A stretch of DNA of 55,500 nucleotides, filler included, from Catajapyx aquilonaris (lineage: Eukaryota), in the NCBI GenBank assembly GCA_000934665.2. It is 2 parts of 2 records of this genome, joined end to end, with 100 filler letters (N's around TTAATTAATTAA, not from the genome) between each part and the next. Parts side by side here need not be neighbours in the genome. Positions count along the whole stretch, not along the records: positions 27,814 to 55,500 come from JYFJ02005018.1; 1 more part is not named here. The stretch is one strand, 5' to 3'. The position numbers and the translations under genes are program-made. This document shows, piece by piece, positions 36,801 to 51,330 of this stretch. The notes beneath the pieces were generated by a model. That model was not told the origin of the DNA and did no database searches. It was given only the letters and a program-made list of their open reading frames with translations. Positions within the stretch are counted from its first letter, which is position 1; each line of letters opens with the position of its first letter.

Positions 36801-36942
36801 CTCAATATCGCCCACTAATTAGCTAATGACCCGCGTAATATATCAGCGGTCATATACTGCGCAGTATAGTCGTGTCTTTCCGCGATTCTATGTACAGGAT
36901 GTTTCGTAACAATTCGCACAAAATTGCTTCTGTTATTGCGCC

Positions 36943-37028
36943 GAAAATTGTTCCGTCCTCTTCTCACTGCTAGTTACTACTAACTTAGCAGTACTAGTGC
37001 CAACAATGGTACTACTAAGTTATCTGGG
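36943..37028 (+). repeat. Dispersed repeat fragment (partner of 7518-7586), ending in CTGGG
   Basis: Direct sequence similarity to 7518-7586. Confidence 0.65.
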
Positions 37029-38734
37029 ATGAAAATTCAACCCAATATAATTAGAAGTAATTGCGGATACAGTCTACGACACTTCCATCGCCTGTACTTA
37101 AATCAATTATCAGTCCCCCTTCCAATTCACGCCACTCCTATAAATACTGCCAGGCAAAGCACGCACTAATTGTAATAAGAACTAACCTTCCTTCAATCAG
37201 CCCTGCAAATCGACATGCGTGCACACACATAAGACATATCCCCAAATGTATCGCATGTGTACCGACGTACAGTCTGAACAGTAATTTTACAAGCGCGGGT
37301 CTAAATCGAGCCGCCCATTACAGTATTTATGAGCTTGAGTGGGTCAGTGGATCGCTTCCACGCCCCGGGGCCGCCCCTGGGTTTTTGTGGAAGTCCCAAT
37401 TTGGGCAATTAGTCTCCAAGTCGGCTTGCTTTTTTTTCTTGAGCCAAACTGGCCCATTTAACTGTGCCTCACGCGTCTTCCATTATGTGGCCACCACTGA
37501 TAAGGCGATTGGACACCTAAGACACGTCCACCACCTTCTTTTGACTCACCCTTTCAATTCTAACTTCCTATACAGAGTGTGGCATAGTGTGATCCGGAAA
37601 AAAAGGAGGGGGTGCTGGAAACATCGCGTTTGTAATTAAAAACAAAGAAGAAAATGCTGGGCAGGGTGTGGTCCAATGGGTGTCGAGTGAGAGTGTCAGG
37701 ACGGCCAAATTAAAAGGGGCGTTGTCGCATCGGGGGTTTTATGCAGGTGACAAAATTAATATTTTCCCACGCGCCTTTTGTTTACACGCGTTGTCCGGTC
37801 GATGCCGCTGGTGCGTTAAAGTTTTAGCACACATCCACTGTCCCTAAAAAAAGGGTCAAATTGCACGTATAATCACACAAGAGTTGGCCAGCAATTATTA
37901 GTATCCGGGATTAGGGGGTTATCACCGGACGTTATGTAATTAATGCCGATATCTTAAAACTTGGGAATGATGTCATTGCGATTGTTGACGTCACTTTAAA
38001 AACGGAAATAAATCACTAGCCTAGTGTAAATGAGAGCCCAATATTCGCAACTGTCAACTGGCTGTCAAAACAAACGTTCAAAATCCTCCCCTTCACTCTC
38101 AAGGGCCTAAAAAATTTACACGTATGTTCCCAGCAGCTAGCGTCAGACACGTGCGTGATTTCAGCTTCCAAAAAAAAAACTTTTGTAGGAACAATATTTA
38201 TGCAGCGTGTAAAATACGCGGGTGTTATCAATGTAAACATTTTCGCTTCGTATGTACCGGCGCCTGCTGCTGAGTATGGAAATATTCGACCCAAGGACCA
38301 CGCCTATTTTGGGAATGGAGTTTGGGAGTTGACAATGACCTCTGGGCATCCTTCCCAAGGCTCCTCTCAAGGGGTCTTTTTACCCTCTCGTCCCTTACGC
38401 AACTGCAGTCAATGCGACCAGTTTCATTTTTTGTGTGTGCGCTGTGCACCCTGTATATACCGGCTGTTTATTATCTCAACGATTCGGTCCACGCACACAA
38501 CGCGGTTTGACCATTCCATTACCAGATTGTCAAGACAAATAAGGCCCGTTCCTTTCGCATCTAATTACGAGAGAGGCTATTCAACATGCCCCCGGCCAGT
38601 TTTCCACGTCCACACCGGCCTAACAATGAAGCCTGCCCACGTAAGAAGCGACACTCGTGTGGCCCAGAATTTAATACCATTATTATACAGCCTTTAAAAA
38701 ATTCAAAGACCCGAAAAAATTCATATTAAACCTC

Positions 38735-39084
38735 AAATAAATTAAAACATCGCACTTGGCATATACGATACATCGATGCACTAATAGTAAAAAAATCGAA
38801 TCGATGCGTCATTATTAAAATATCGTGCTTAATATACCGATACAATATTTATCCATGTCGCAATATATTAAAATATTGCACCTGTTGCATCGATACACTG
38901 ATTAAAATAAGAAATTTGGTGTATCGATGTAGCAATAATTAAAATATCGGACTTGGTGTATCGATGTAGCAATAATTAAAATATCGGACTTGGTGTATCG
39001 ATGTAGCAATAATTAAAATATCGGACTTGGTGTATCGATGTAGCAATAATTAAAATATCGGACTTGGTGTATCGATGCAGTAAT
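38735..39084. repeat. 37-bp minisatellite: 4 perfect units plus a partial one, preceded by degenerate units
   Basis: TTGGTGTATCGATGTAGCAATAATTAAAATATCGGAC starts at 38916, 38953, 38990, 39027 and (partial) 39064. Eroded ATCGAT..ATTAAAATATCG copies from ~38735. Confidence 0.95.
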
Positions 39085-42000
39085 ATTCCGATTTTTCAAC
39101 GATTTCCCGTTTGGACATATCCGTCCCGTTCCGTTCCGTTCCAGTTGGTGCCAGGGTGCCATCAAGGGTGGTTCTGGTTTAGTATACACCAGATTGCTCC
39201 AACGGGAAAGGTGCATTAGTCATGGAAATCCATAAGGCAGGGCAGGGCTGCATGGCGCCTAGGAAAAAAAGAGTGTTATGCTGGGGGTTTGGAGAGTGGT
39301 GTGCATTAGACGGGGAGGTTTCCCAATGGCCCATTAAAGCCGCGTCTCCTGACTTGCCATGAGAAATGATACACCGTTACATCCTTCAAAATTGTTCCCC
39401 CTGAATTATGGATGGATGCTCGTCCCTCAGCCTGGCACTGCAGGTATTACACACATGCACACACACAAAAAGGAGGGCTTTCGTCACGTGCAGCCTCCGT
39501 TTGAGTCCATTTAACCTCCCTCCCCCCATTGAATCCAGCAGTCATTACCTGAATTTCAATTTGGGAGTGGTGGGTGGGGTCCAACCCGCAAGAGGCCGCC
39601 CACATACTGATTTTAATAACTAGAAAATTCATTGCCCCCGTCCCAACAGCCGTCAATTTATGTTCTGCTCTGGGTGGTGGACGTGACGGAGCGTGACATG
39701 CATTTCCTGGACGTCCCAATTAAATCCTTAGTTTAAAGAGGCCAGAATCTGCGAGTATAACTCGAATTCATACTTAGATAGCAACGAAATTTCGCCTTGT
39801 GATTTCTGGCTCTCTTCCCAGCCGACCATCCATTACCAGAATTTTTTAGCTCCGCCAGTGAGAAATTACCGGGGCCTGGAATTTTTGCTGGCTACTTTTC
39901 TTCCTCCTCCCCAATAATAACCAGAAAACGATCGATTGATTATACCAGAGAGAGAGGTCCATTGACTGGATCGATCGTGGCCGCTGATTGCGCATCAATA
40001 CACCCCCCCNNCCCCCCCCCCCTGGAAAGCTCCGTTGAAGAGAACGACGCAAAGTTCCTCTGGGAAGCAAGGCATCAGCATCTCCCCACACAGCATCACA
40101 CTCCAAGGTGCAAATCATCCAGCCATGAAACTAGAGGTTGTTACCTCCCTTCCCACCATCAACCACCATCATAAATTGCTTGCCAACCACACACTCTTCT
40201 CTACATATGGTGACAGAAAAAAAGTTTAGCTGTGTGTGTGTGTATAGCTATAATTAATTTTTAACCTACAGATTTTCTCAAACAAATTGGGAATGGACGA
40301 AATTTCGTCCAACACTTCTTCCTCACCAAGAAAGTGAGTTCCAAATTCAAAGATCTGTCCAACTTCCAGTTCGTCTAAGTCAGCAAGGATGAATTATTGA
40401 CCATTTTCATTAACTTGGTTCGTGACGCCCCCCAACCCCCCACCGTCACAGCATGGAACATTGCCCTTGTAATTGTCTGTAATCGTCTCGTTATCGGGTC
40501 CAACTTTCCTTCCACTCCTTTAGACTGAATATTACCCCACCTTTTTGACGCGAGGAGGGTTCGCACGCCCTAATAAATCTCGTTTAAACTTTGTCAGAGA
40601 AATACGTATAACCCCCTTGGAAATATTTCCATGTGACTAGGTTTATGTCCGGTTTTAGCTGTACTATTTTATATCTTCGGGGAGAGAGATCCGGAATGTA
40701 CGGACTGTAATTATCTTCCTGAAACTTTCGACGTATCTGCAGTGGCAGCCAAATTTACAGCGGATCGCCTTTAGGGTAATGCCTGGGGGCTACTTGCATG
40801 TAATAAACCTGCACGTACCGTACATGCTGTACTGTAAGTACAGTATAATTCAGTCGGAACAACCTGTGCACATTATACTGCCAATCAAAGCATTCCACGT
40901 ACACTGTTCATTGTGAAGGACATTTTCAAAAATTGAGGCTGGCAAATATACATAGTACGCTCCACGCAAGTGATGTTGTAATGTCATAATCCCCATTAGC
41001 ACAGAGTACGCATCTCCTGCGGGCTCAGGCTGTCAAACTGTCTACAGGTGTAAATGCACACGTTAATTGCGCAAACATGGGATTAGCATAAACTGTTGGA
41101 TGCACATTATGTAAGGTAGTGCATTATTACGGAGAGTAATTATTTCCGCAAATTTTTGGGAGGGTTTCATGACCATCCCCAGCTTTTAATCACACTCCAT
41201 GTTGGAAATAGGATTGACACGAAATGTGACATCCCCTGACATGGGGAAGGGGATGGCGTCACCCTGAACAGTATGTAGCTAATTTTTAAACCGTTTTGAG
41301 ACTACTATAAAATATTAAGTCGAATGGCATTCTTGCCACAGGGTTAATGGCACTGCAATTAATATAATATTCATAAGTCTCAGTTAATTTAACATAACCG
41401 CCGTTTCCATCAAGGTTCGAATTAAAAACGCTTCAATAAATTAACACCAGTCAGCCACGTACTGCACTGTTGACAATGGGTTCAATTACCCGCCACGCTA
41501 ATGTACCCGCGTACATACGCATAAAAAAAGGGGGGCGGTATGTGCACTGACCGCATACTTTTCTGGCTCTTTTTCGGCCTAATAATATTTTCTGGAGGTG
41601 GTGCAACCTGCCTATTCATTTTCCGCTCGATTTAGACAGAACGGGCCAAAATATTTGCACCTAAAAAAAAACGGGCAAATTATATTTTTTTCCTTCCAGT
41701 GTAAAGAAACAGGCAGGCTGGAACGAAGTGTGAGCAAAAATTCTGGAAGGCACACTCGAGTTGGCAAGACTTTTGCGGAGAAGAATTTCGCCGCAATAAC
41801 AGTCGAGCAGAAAAGCAAGACTTTGGGAAGAGGAAAAAAAGAAGAAACATAGCTGGAAGTCCCTAAATGAACAAAAGTGTGAGTCAGTGTTGCCAGAATG
41901 AAATAGTGTCGCTGTCCTGTGTGTCTTTTGATTCTTTTTTTCCCCCTCCACACATGTACACAATGCACTATACACACTCTGGCATCATCCTAAAGCTATT

Positions 42001-43140
42001 CTGGAGTATTTTCAAACCCTTCCAGTCTCTCCAACCCACGCTCGAATTGTCTTTTATTTTAGGTACAGCTTACGTAATGCGAGCATTGTTTCCGCTCCAA
42101 ACGGGAATGCGACATGACTAATTGTGGGGCGTGTGTGACTACAGGGTTGTCCAATGAACACGAAATTTTTTTTGCGAAACACCAAGTATACTCGTCTTAT
42201 ATTTTTTTGCGTGCAAATTCTGAAATACTGCTTGAGCCATAAAAGGGGCATAACGTACAGTATCCAGTTACGCATTGTCAGAGATGCAGAAATTACATTT
42301 TATACGTGCAGTGAGACGGGTTCTACCGAGAGAAGAAAAAAAAAAGTTTTCAAGCTCATGTATCTTCTTTATGGTCTGGCACAGACGGGACTTTCAGGGT
42401 TCACACGACCTACAAAAAAAAAAAAAATCGCAGCAGCTTAATGAGCCTTTTCCTCTAGTTACGCTCGTGAATAAAGAGCATCATGCCAATGTGATAACAT
42501 CATCGCAAATCTGCTTAGGAAAACAACGCTCATGCTAACCCTGAACTTGCGCAGTATAATTAACCCAATTTGACAAAAATCAGAACGCCTTTTCGTGCAG
42601 GTAGGACATGGAAAATTGCGAACTCAAAAAAATGGACGAAATATTAGTCAAAATGTCGCGCAGGCAAAGAGAGCTCGGGCTATGAAATTATTTAGGCCAC
42701 TCCCCAGTGGACCACCGGTTTATTATTAATGGTCAGGTTTATTACTAGGTTCTTGTAACCAGAGTTTCCGTTGCCTGCAGCTCTTTTGCCTCGAAATTTT
42801 TGGGGAAGGTATATATAAAGAAGCAAAAATTTCGCAAACATAACAGAACTGTGTGCATTAAAATAATTTTGGTCTTACAGTACAGCGAGTCTTTGCATCC
42901 CAAATTTTGAAACAAGTTTTTCCTCCTCGTTTTATGAACATCGACTTGTTCACTCACGGGTCCGGGGGGAGAGAGAGAGAAAAAAAAAGTGAGCAGCCTC
43001 CGGGATACTGCGCTTGCAAAAATATATATATATGTACAGAGAACCCGGCAAATTCGCGAAATATTTGCATACGAAAATAGGAGGGGACGCACCAATACAC
43101 CCCAACCAAATATCTCCCCAAGTAAGCAGATTTTCATATC

Positions 43141-43322
43141 AATTCCTGCTCAAATTCATACAGTATTATACGTCTACAGTTTTCTTCCCAATTCTGCTCA
43201 AATTTATACAGTGTTTTACACGTATACTGTACCCATTTCTTCTCAATTCTGTTCAAATTTACACAGTATTTTACACGTACCCATTTCTGCTCAAATTTAT
43301 ACAGTATTTTACACGTACCCAT
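43141..43322. repeat. Imperfect 4-copy minisatellite (38-55 bp units)
   Basis: Core TTCTGCTCAAATTTATACAGTATTTTACACGTA repeated four times. Confidence 0.9.
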
Positions 43323-46300
43323 AGTTGACAGCCCTTTTACTTCATATGTATTGTTGGTACCCTTGCTTCATAGTTCATGACACGAGATTTAAAAAAAAAA
43401 AAAAAATCCCTGTTCCGACAAGTTTGCTATTCGTCGACTACAATAGTGTCAACAAACTTTTCGTGCTACTTTTCGGCACCAGGACTAACTGATCGATCGA
43501 CCCGCCAAATTTTTTAAAAAAAATCTTTGCGCGGATCATAGCCTGTTAACAAAAGTCGGTGCTGCTTGAACAGTCACGTGGGTGTATTGTACAGTACATT
43601 CTTACAGTATTTTTGATTGTTGGAACTGACCTAAGTTGTCTGCTTGTGTGAGCAGGAGAAGGAGCTGGATCAGGAGCCAGAGCACCACAATCCTCCAGCA
43701 GGGAGCCATCGGGGGCTGGCCACGTGCCGCCAGAACCAGCATTTTTTTTTCTTACATCCAAAAAAAAAAAATTCACCTGCTGACCACCACTCTCAACCAC
43801 CACATCATCTCCTCTCCCGTCCAAACCGCACCAAAAAAAACAAAGAAGCGCACCAAAAAAATCACACACTCGCTGATCCGTATATGAAAAACACGGATCA
43901 AAAAGTTGATCGCGGTTGAGGATCAGATGAGAGCTCGAGAGAGACGATCCTTGCTCGGCGCCCTTCCTGGGGATACTGACAACCCAACCGGCTCCGGAGC
44001 GCAGCCAGTATATGCCCACCCTCCAAACGCCCCCCTCTCCAAATTGCGTTGGGGGGGCTGTGCGGTAAGGGGGGCCAGGCCCACCGATCGACTCCAGGAC
44101 ATGAATACTCCTTAAAAAACATACCCGCAGCTCTTACATATCCGAGTGTACACACACAAACGTCACGGGCCACGTGTACAGTTAGACGACGTATGCAAAT
44201 CATGTTCTTATGACACCCACTCGCGGTTTATGAGACACGTTTCGCTTCATAAGGAAACGGACCGCATGCTGCGTCGGCTCGCATTTGTCACGATATTCCG
44301 GTTGTCATAATCTGCCTATGGAATGTGTTCGTACGGTTTGATGCCCATTATTTATGTTAAACATACCGCGCACTGTAAAGGCGTTACAGTGAAAGGCACT
44401 TTCCTTGCAAAACGTGTTGATATGGCCCGCTTTCGACAGTGAGAATTTTTAGGCAAATGCCTTTACAGTTGGGATGGTTTTGTAAATAGATCTATCCTTT
44501 TCATATAAGTTCAGGATGGGCAAAAATGTAGGTTTTAAAGTGCCTAAAATTGACTATTTCGTCGGTTTGGGAACTATTTTGCCTATTGTGGCTATTCATG
44601 CCTATTTGGCCTTTTTTGAGTGGATAGTTTTTGAAGCAATTCCTTCGGAGACATTTTTTTTTGCATAATTTATTGTGCTTCTGAATACCTGAAAGGACCA
44701 AATCGTTCAGGAGTAATTATAGTTGCACCAAGAGCTAATAAGTTATTAGCTCTTGGTTGCACTAATGAAAATCTAGAAAAAAAATATTCGGTAAATGGAA
44801 ACGGGCTTAGGTCATCCAAAGCATTGTCTTTTGAGAAAGTTTTGTGATTTTCTGTTACGTAACGTGGCTCTCTCATTGATATGCCGAATGTTAAGTATAC
44901 TGCGAGGATAATGGATTGAAATAATGGAACTGTAAGTAGCCTTTTTTTTCAATACCGGAGTGACAAGTGCGGCTTAAATTCGTGCCATGGTTGGCAGCAC
45001 TTTCGAATAAAGAATGTGACGGACCAGTTGATGCAATTTCGATGACTGAGTTCCTTTTTCCTGCACTGTAGAGAGGGGGCTGCTTCTACAGTGCTTTCAT
45101 TTTGATGTATTGTCCCATCCTTCAAGGGTTAAATCCCCCACAAGAGCGGGCCAAATTTTGATGCTGATTGGCGGAAAGAGGCCACGAAAAAGGTACTTCA
45201 CTCGATAAGATGAAAAATGTTGGGTAGGTCAAAGTATAGCATGGGCGCCGCCATGTTTGGTCGTATGAAGTGGAGGGGCCGCCATTTTTGGTCCGGATTG
45301 TGTTCCGCCCAGGTTGTCCCAAACATTATTGTCTGAGAATGTATATTGCGACGGTACATACACACAGACCACCACCTGCTGGCGCCGGAGTCATCGAGTC
45401 AGGGTTGCAGCAGTTCCTGCGGTCCGACCGCAAATCGATTCAGCAAAGCAAACCCTCGTACTTTGCCTGTGTAGGTCGCAGGGAAAATCGCGCGCCAAAT
45501 TAACCTGTCGTACCTTGTTACATACAAACTTGCTAACGGTTCACACTCACTCTTACATTTTGCAAATATATCTTTTTCGCAACATTCGGCGCCGTGATGC
45601 AGATACCACACATCACGTCGTCTCTCCCCCATCTGGACTCCGCAAATACAACTGGTCCCCAGAGACGCTTCTTCTGCGCCCCAATTACTTCCAGTGCCTG
45701 CAAAACCGAGCTATCTGTGTCACCCCCAGATGTCTGTTACTTGTGAAGTAACTGCGGCAACCCTCGTTGCACACACGATTCATTGGCCAATCCCGGTGAA
45801 CGATATTTGAACACCTAGGCCGCCCATTTTGATGACGTCAGACTGGAGCGCAGAGGTACCAGATGAACACTTCAACATTGCATCTGGTAACCCTTAGAGA
45901 CGTCATCTAGTGGCCGCGTGTGTCTAGGGGCACCCAGAAGTTCGTCAGTGTCCAAGTCGTTACCTGTTCGTTTCTCAATATTTCTCACCTCTACATTTTC
46001 GACTCCTTTTGATCCAATCTACCCAATAGCATGTTCTGCCTCACCCTGTGGGTATCCAGGAAACTTGGCGATCCCTTTCAACGACTCCATTTCCTACTCA
46101 ATTTGCCGGCCTACTTTTCACAAAAAGCGATCTGCAGTATACAGACGGAAATAAATATATATTCTTATAGTGGGGGGAAAAAAGCTGGGTAGACATCAAA
46201 GAACCTCTTGCCATTTGATGCTTGGAAGGATTTCGCACCGCAGATTATATAACACGCAGATTCGGATACGCATGGCCCGGATCTTTTTTTGACGGTGCGC

Positions 46301-49300
46301 GGACACAGAGATGAGCATCAAACGATTCCAAATCAAAGAGCGCTTTTGTCGTCATCTATCCTGCTGGAGGCTGATCCTACGCGACCCTATACGAAAAACG
46401 AAGAACTGAAGCAGCGATCCCAATATGAAAAAAACTGAAATTTTTCGCAATATTATGACCCACAAATTCGCAAACCTCCTTTAAGAACCTTATCACACAC
46501 ACACAGAGCATAAATTTAACGCCTCCCCCTTTCCAAATGAGATAGGGCCCAATCTAGCCCATACCCCTTCTAAAATTAATCACGCCTAGATGTGTCCTTA
46601 TTGCACGCACCCGCTCGAAATGCAAATTCAGTTTAACTCCCTCCCTCCCCTTTCCAAACCTCTCCAGCAAGCCCACAAATCACCACTATGGCCAATTGAA
46701 ATATTAGCAAAGTTTTGCACCAAGTTTCTGCAAAGCTGCACAGTATCGCAACTCGATTGGCCATTTCTCAGTGTTCAACCTCCAGTTTTGGGAGACTCCA
46801 CACCCTCTCCCTCTTCCACCCCCCTTCTCGAAATAAGAGAAAACACATCATAGCACTCTACAATATTACGCACAATTCATCATATCATAATGGGGGGTGG
46901 CTGCTTAAAACGAGGCACAATATGCAGTTGGCTCGTTATGGGGGGGCAGAAACGATGAATTGCTCGGTGCCACGTAATGCGCAAAATGGGCTCCAAATCT
47001 GCCCTACTTTGCAAATAAAAGACGCATCTGCAATGTGCCATGCAGAGGCAATCTGCTATTTTCGGCCCTCGGTTTTTAAGCTGCTACAGCACAAGCAGCT
47101 TAAAGTCGAGGGCCGAAAATAGCAGGTTGCAGTTACTCCGCTACTATATACGAGCATTGCACTTGTGGCTACAAGACCCTCGAATCTGGACTAAACAAGC
47201 AATGGGGTCAACAGCCGTTGCACAATTAACAACAATAATTAACGCTAGTAATTCCAGCCCAAGCCTGCTGCTGCACATCACTGGTTGGTCTCATGTTTCA
47301 TTCATTGTTATAGCCGTGGCAACACCGAGTTTCAGGTAGCAATGGACCTGCCTCAAAAATACGAGGCAGACAGGTGTGGGGTGACGCAGGCCGGAGGATG
47401 ATCCAACCCTCAAGGTTGCGGTCAGCGTCTGGCCGCGCGGGGCAACGCACCAGCAACGCCCACGCACGCATAAGCCAACCTTGGGACTAAATAATATGCA
47501 GCACCAATCACATTTCTTTTTAAAAACATATTAGGTTGTCCAATGATTTGTCGCCCTGAATTTTGACCTCTCTTTTTTATAATCATTCGTGACAAAATCC
47601 AGTGGTAGGACCAGACCCGCGGAGTTTTGTCTGGCCCTCTGAGTGTGGCACTTTGTTCTTGACTACTTCGAATCGACTCATTTGGCTCCCATCCAGACTC
47701 ACACATCACCCATCCTAGGAAGCCTACAACAAAGTCTTACTACAAGGCGGTCCGCTGCTCGAGTCACCTATATACCGCAATGGACATCACGGACTGTCCA
47801 CACTAGCAACCAGCTTGATATGGAAGCAACCAGCAGTGCTGAACATTGGTAGTTAAACAGGTTGCTGGGACGTACATTTTTTTAAAGAAAATTCTCCAAG
47901 AGACGTTTGGTGGTGGACCATGCTGTAGAGCCCAGGCTGGCATCCGTACACTGGTATCGGAGAGTAGTGTAGACGGCCGTTTAATCCCTTATTGAAGACC
48001 GTGTCCTGCTGGTGCTGCGAGTGGCCAGCAGACCAATCGATCCTTGGGTCCCCTTTTCCTCCCCAGAAAATAATGGCCATCCTGAGAGAGAGGATTCCGG
48101 CCAGAAATCTTCAGGCCTCGTACGTCCTTGGAGGGTGGTGGTGGGGAGAGATGCCTCCCACCCGCACTGGAATTCGCCAATGGCTCAAGGTCCTCTTCTC
48201 TCCGCATCACAATCCCCTCCCGCCTACTTACAACATACCTACAGCATGCCTTGTACCTTTCGATCAAACACAAATGGACGCCGAAAAAATTGAATGAAAT
48301 TTTTTTGCTGCCATCTGTTGGCACTATTCAAGCAGGTGCTGCCATCTGTTGGCAAGCACTGAGCGAGTGCTGTCATCTATCGGCAGGTTTAGTACGAGTG
48401 TGCTGCCTTAATAAAAACCGACCCTGGATCTTGCGAAACCTGACAAAATTGCGGCATGAAGTGTGCAGAAAGGGTCTGAAAATATGACCCAAGTGACTAG
48501 ACAGTGTCTCGAGCAAAAAAAAAGGTAGTAGCGAATTGGTTCCGCGAGCAAAAGAATGGCTTTCACTCCTTGCTGGCTCGAGCTTGGCTGGGAGCTCCAT
48601 AGTACATAATATATTTTTTGTCCATCCCTGCTCGAAAATGTTCACACTGTAAAAATAATGTGTTGTTTCTCTACGGGGTGAACCAATTTTTTTTTTTACC
48701 GCCTGGCGTCCTTTTCTAGCCAGCTCAATAACAAAGTATATTTTTAAAGCCCACCGGTAGGCAGGCGCCTTCCTGACGCTACCTTGCCTTCATTTTCTTG
48801 CAAAAATTTCCTTCCCTTATGAACCCTTCCAGCCCTTCCAGCCAACTCCTCCCGGATATAATTTGTCCCGGAGAAAGTTTGACAGCGGAAGCATTAGCCA
48901 ACGCTACAATGGACTTACTACTGAAATGGAAACCTCTCTATTGTGGCCCACCGGAAAAGATATTCCCAGTCGCTTTTGTCACAGGAGATGGCGGGGGCTT
49001 GGGGAGGTTGGCTATGGGTGGGGGAGGGCATGAAGGATATAAATGCCGACTCTTGAAACGTTCGTTCCTTTACCCTCACTTTTTTTCTCTCCATCTAACG
49101 TTTCCTCAGAATCGATATGGAACATCTGGTTTGTTCTTCGGCGGATAATTTCGAGAGAACCAATTCTGAATTCAACTTCCGTCCTTGTCGAGTGCAACGG
49201 GACCGATTCTATTGTAATCTACACTGCGCTTCTTCTCTCTCTCTCTCTCTTTTTTTTTTTTTTGAGGAGCAAAAGAGAAGAAGGAGGGAGGAATAACTAT

Positions 49301-50985
49301 CGTGAAGAAAGCGAGAACCCAATTTCAATTTTATCTATCATGGGAATCCGTAGCGGATCTAACCAACTGTACATAACCGTCCGTCTTTGGAGGAGGTTGG
49401 ACCAAGTGTTTCTGAACGACCTTTTAAAGATAGAGGCCAACATGTTCCTGCTGTGGTCATTTGCATAACAAACGGATTGCCGTTGAGTAAGAAGGTCGTG
49501 TACAAATGGGTAGGAAAGCCATCTGATACGAGAGTCATCTACTTGTGACGACAATACATTCACCTGAAAAGGTCATCGTTTGAGGCATCTTGCCCTATAA
49601 ATATCTCCCATTACAAAAGTGACATCGTCGATCCAAAAAATGATTGATATTTCGTCTTTTTTTTGAATGACCTATGAGTAACTCCCCCCATCCCTTTTTT
49701 TTTAAAAAAAAAAGAGCAGTAGTCATCTTCATGCAGGACAAAAACCTTAGCTTGACATTTTGAGGAGTGGTGACATTTTGGAGTCAAACCATAAAAAGGT
49801 TTCGGGACACTTTACGTTCTTTTATAGTGTTTACCGCAAGGTTTACCGGATACTTGCTAAATATTCGAGACAAACGATGAATGTAAGACAACAAATGCTT
49901 TATTTTCTTTTCCGATCCACCCGACGATAGATCGCGAAATGACATTTGGGACAAGTAAACCAAGATCCATTCCAGGTTTTATGACGCACTCCTTGCATTT
50001 GTGAGCAGTGCAAACAACTGGAGTGTAATTACACTTTGAGCTGCTGCTCATCACTCGACTGCACACTCACTCAGTCGTCTCCGCGTAAATCTCCTCCTCT
50101 GTGCTGTGTGTAATAAGGGGTCCAGCATCAGTGAGAGTCGTGACCCCAAAGAAAAGCGTGTGACACACCACGTCTTGAAAGCACTTTGCATCCACATTAA
50201 ATTAGAGAAGTTCAAAAGCACGCACTGCTCTTGCTCACACCTCGAGACAATAATGCTTATACACACACGTCTGCCGAAAGTATACGAGGGCAACAAAAAA
50301 TAATATCTGTCAACGAGCGTTACATTTACAGGCAATATTCAGTCGAAACTTATGGCAACAAAAACAATTCTACTGCCCGCTTTTAATTAAAACCTCACTT
50401 TTTTTTTAAAGGGCCTAGCTTTTTTTTTTTGTAAGCTAATAAGCAAGCTCCCCCCCGCCAAACCACATTTAAGAGCAGCCTTTCCAACTACTGCACTTAT
50501 GCTGTGTAACTGATGCAGCCCAGTAATTAACCAAGCTCCGACCAAACAAAACGAGTGATTTGAGTGACCCTACCCACACACAACTTGACCTGAAACACAC
50601 ACACAACAGAAGCACTTTTTTTTCGGATCGGTTTTTAGCCAAACCAGGCCCACCAGGCCTCTAAAATTTCCGGTCATTATTATTTATTCTCAAAGGGTTC
50701 ACGGGTGAATAGTCGGTTGGCGGTGCATGGATGCAGCCAATTAATTTAATGAGCTTGTTTCATCAATCTCACGCTGCTGCAGATTCACTCGCTCACGGTT
50801 TTCCTCCGCGCTTCAGGTGCATAACGAGTCGCAAATACTAGCAAAAATAATAACAAAAAAATATGTCCCGTCTCTACTCGTTATTTCCATTACCGCAAGA
50901 AAAAAAGAAACAAAAATTGAGCACAAAGAGACAAGACCACGCACCAGGAAAAGTCAGTCTCAATTATGAAAACGTCTCTATAAAC

Positions 50986-51330
50986 TACTTTATTATTTTA
51001 TTCCTTTTTATAATTATGTCTCATTTTAAATTATTGCAATGTGGCATAATTATAAAAAATGGACTAAATAATAAAGTAATAAAAAATGTTAAAGAGAAGG
51101 TTTTAATTATTGCGACTGACTTTTCTGGTGTGTGATCATGTCTCTCTGTACCGAATTTATAAATTTATTTTTTGTATAAATATATGTAAATTCAATGATA
51201 CAGAAATAGAAGAAATAAATAATAAACAAAAATAAGTAAAATTATACATAACAATTATTCATTGCGTGTAATAATTTTTCTTCGTTTTACTTAGTGTTTA
51301 TTATTTATTACTTGTATTTCTGTATCATTG
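50986..51330. repeat. Two adjacent AT-rich imperfect inverted repeats
   Basis: 50986-51078 (~40-bp arms TACTTTATTATTT..TTTTTATAATTATG) and 51193-51330 (~55-60-bp arms CAATGATACAGAAATA.AAG.AATAAATAATAAACA..TAAGTAAAA). Confidence 0.8.

Noticed and set aside
38916..39084. 37-bp direct repeats resembling a CRISPR array in unit length
   Set aside because: The units are contiguous with no unique spacers, there are no cas genes, and the context is eukaryotic.
43611..43632. TTTTGATTGTTG matching the 5' part of miR-315 (and a miR-263-like AATGGCACTG at ~41347)
   Set aside because: The match ends after 10-12 nt and I see no precursor hairpin.
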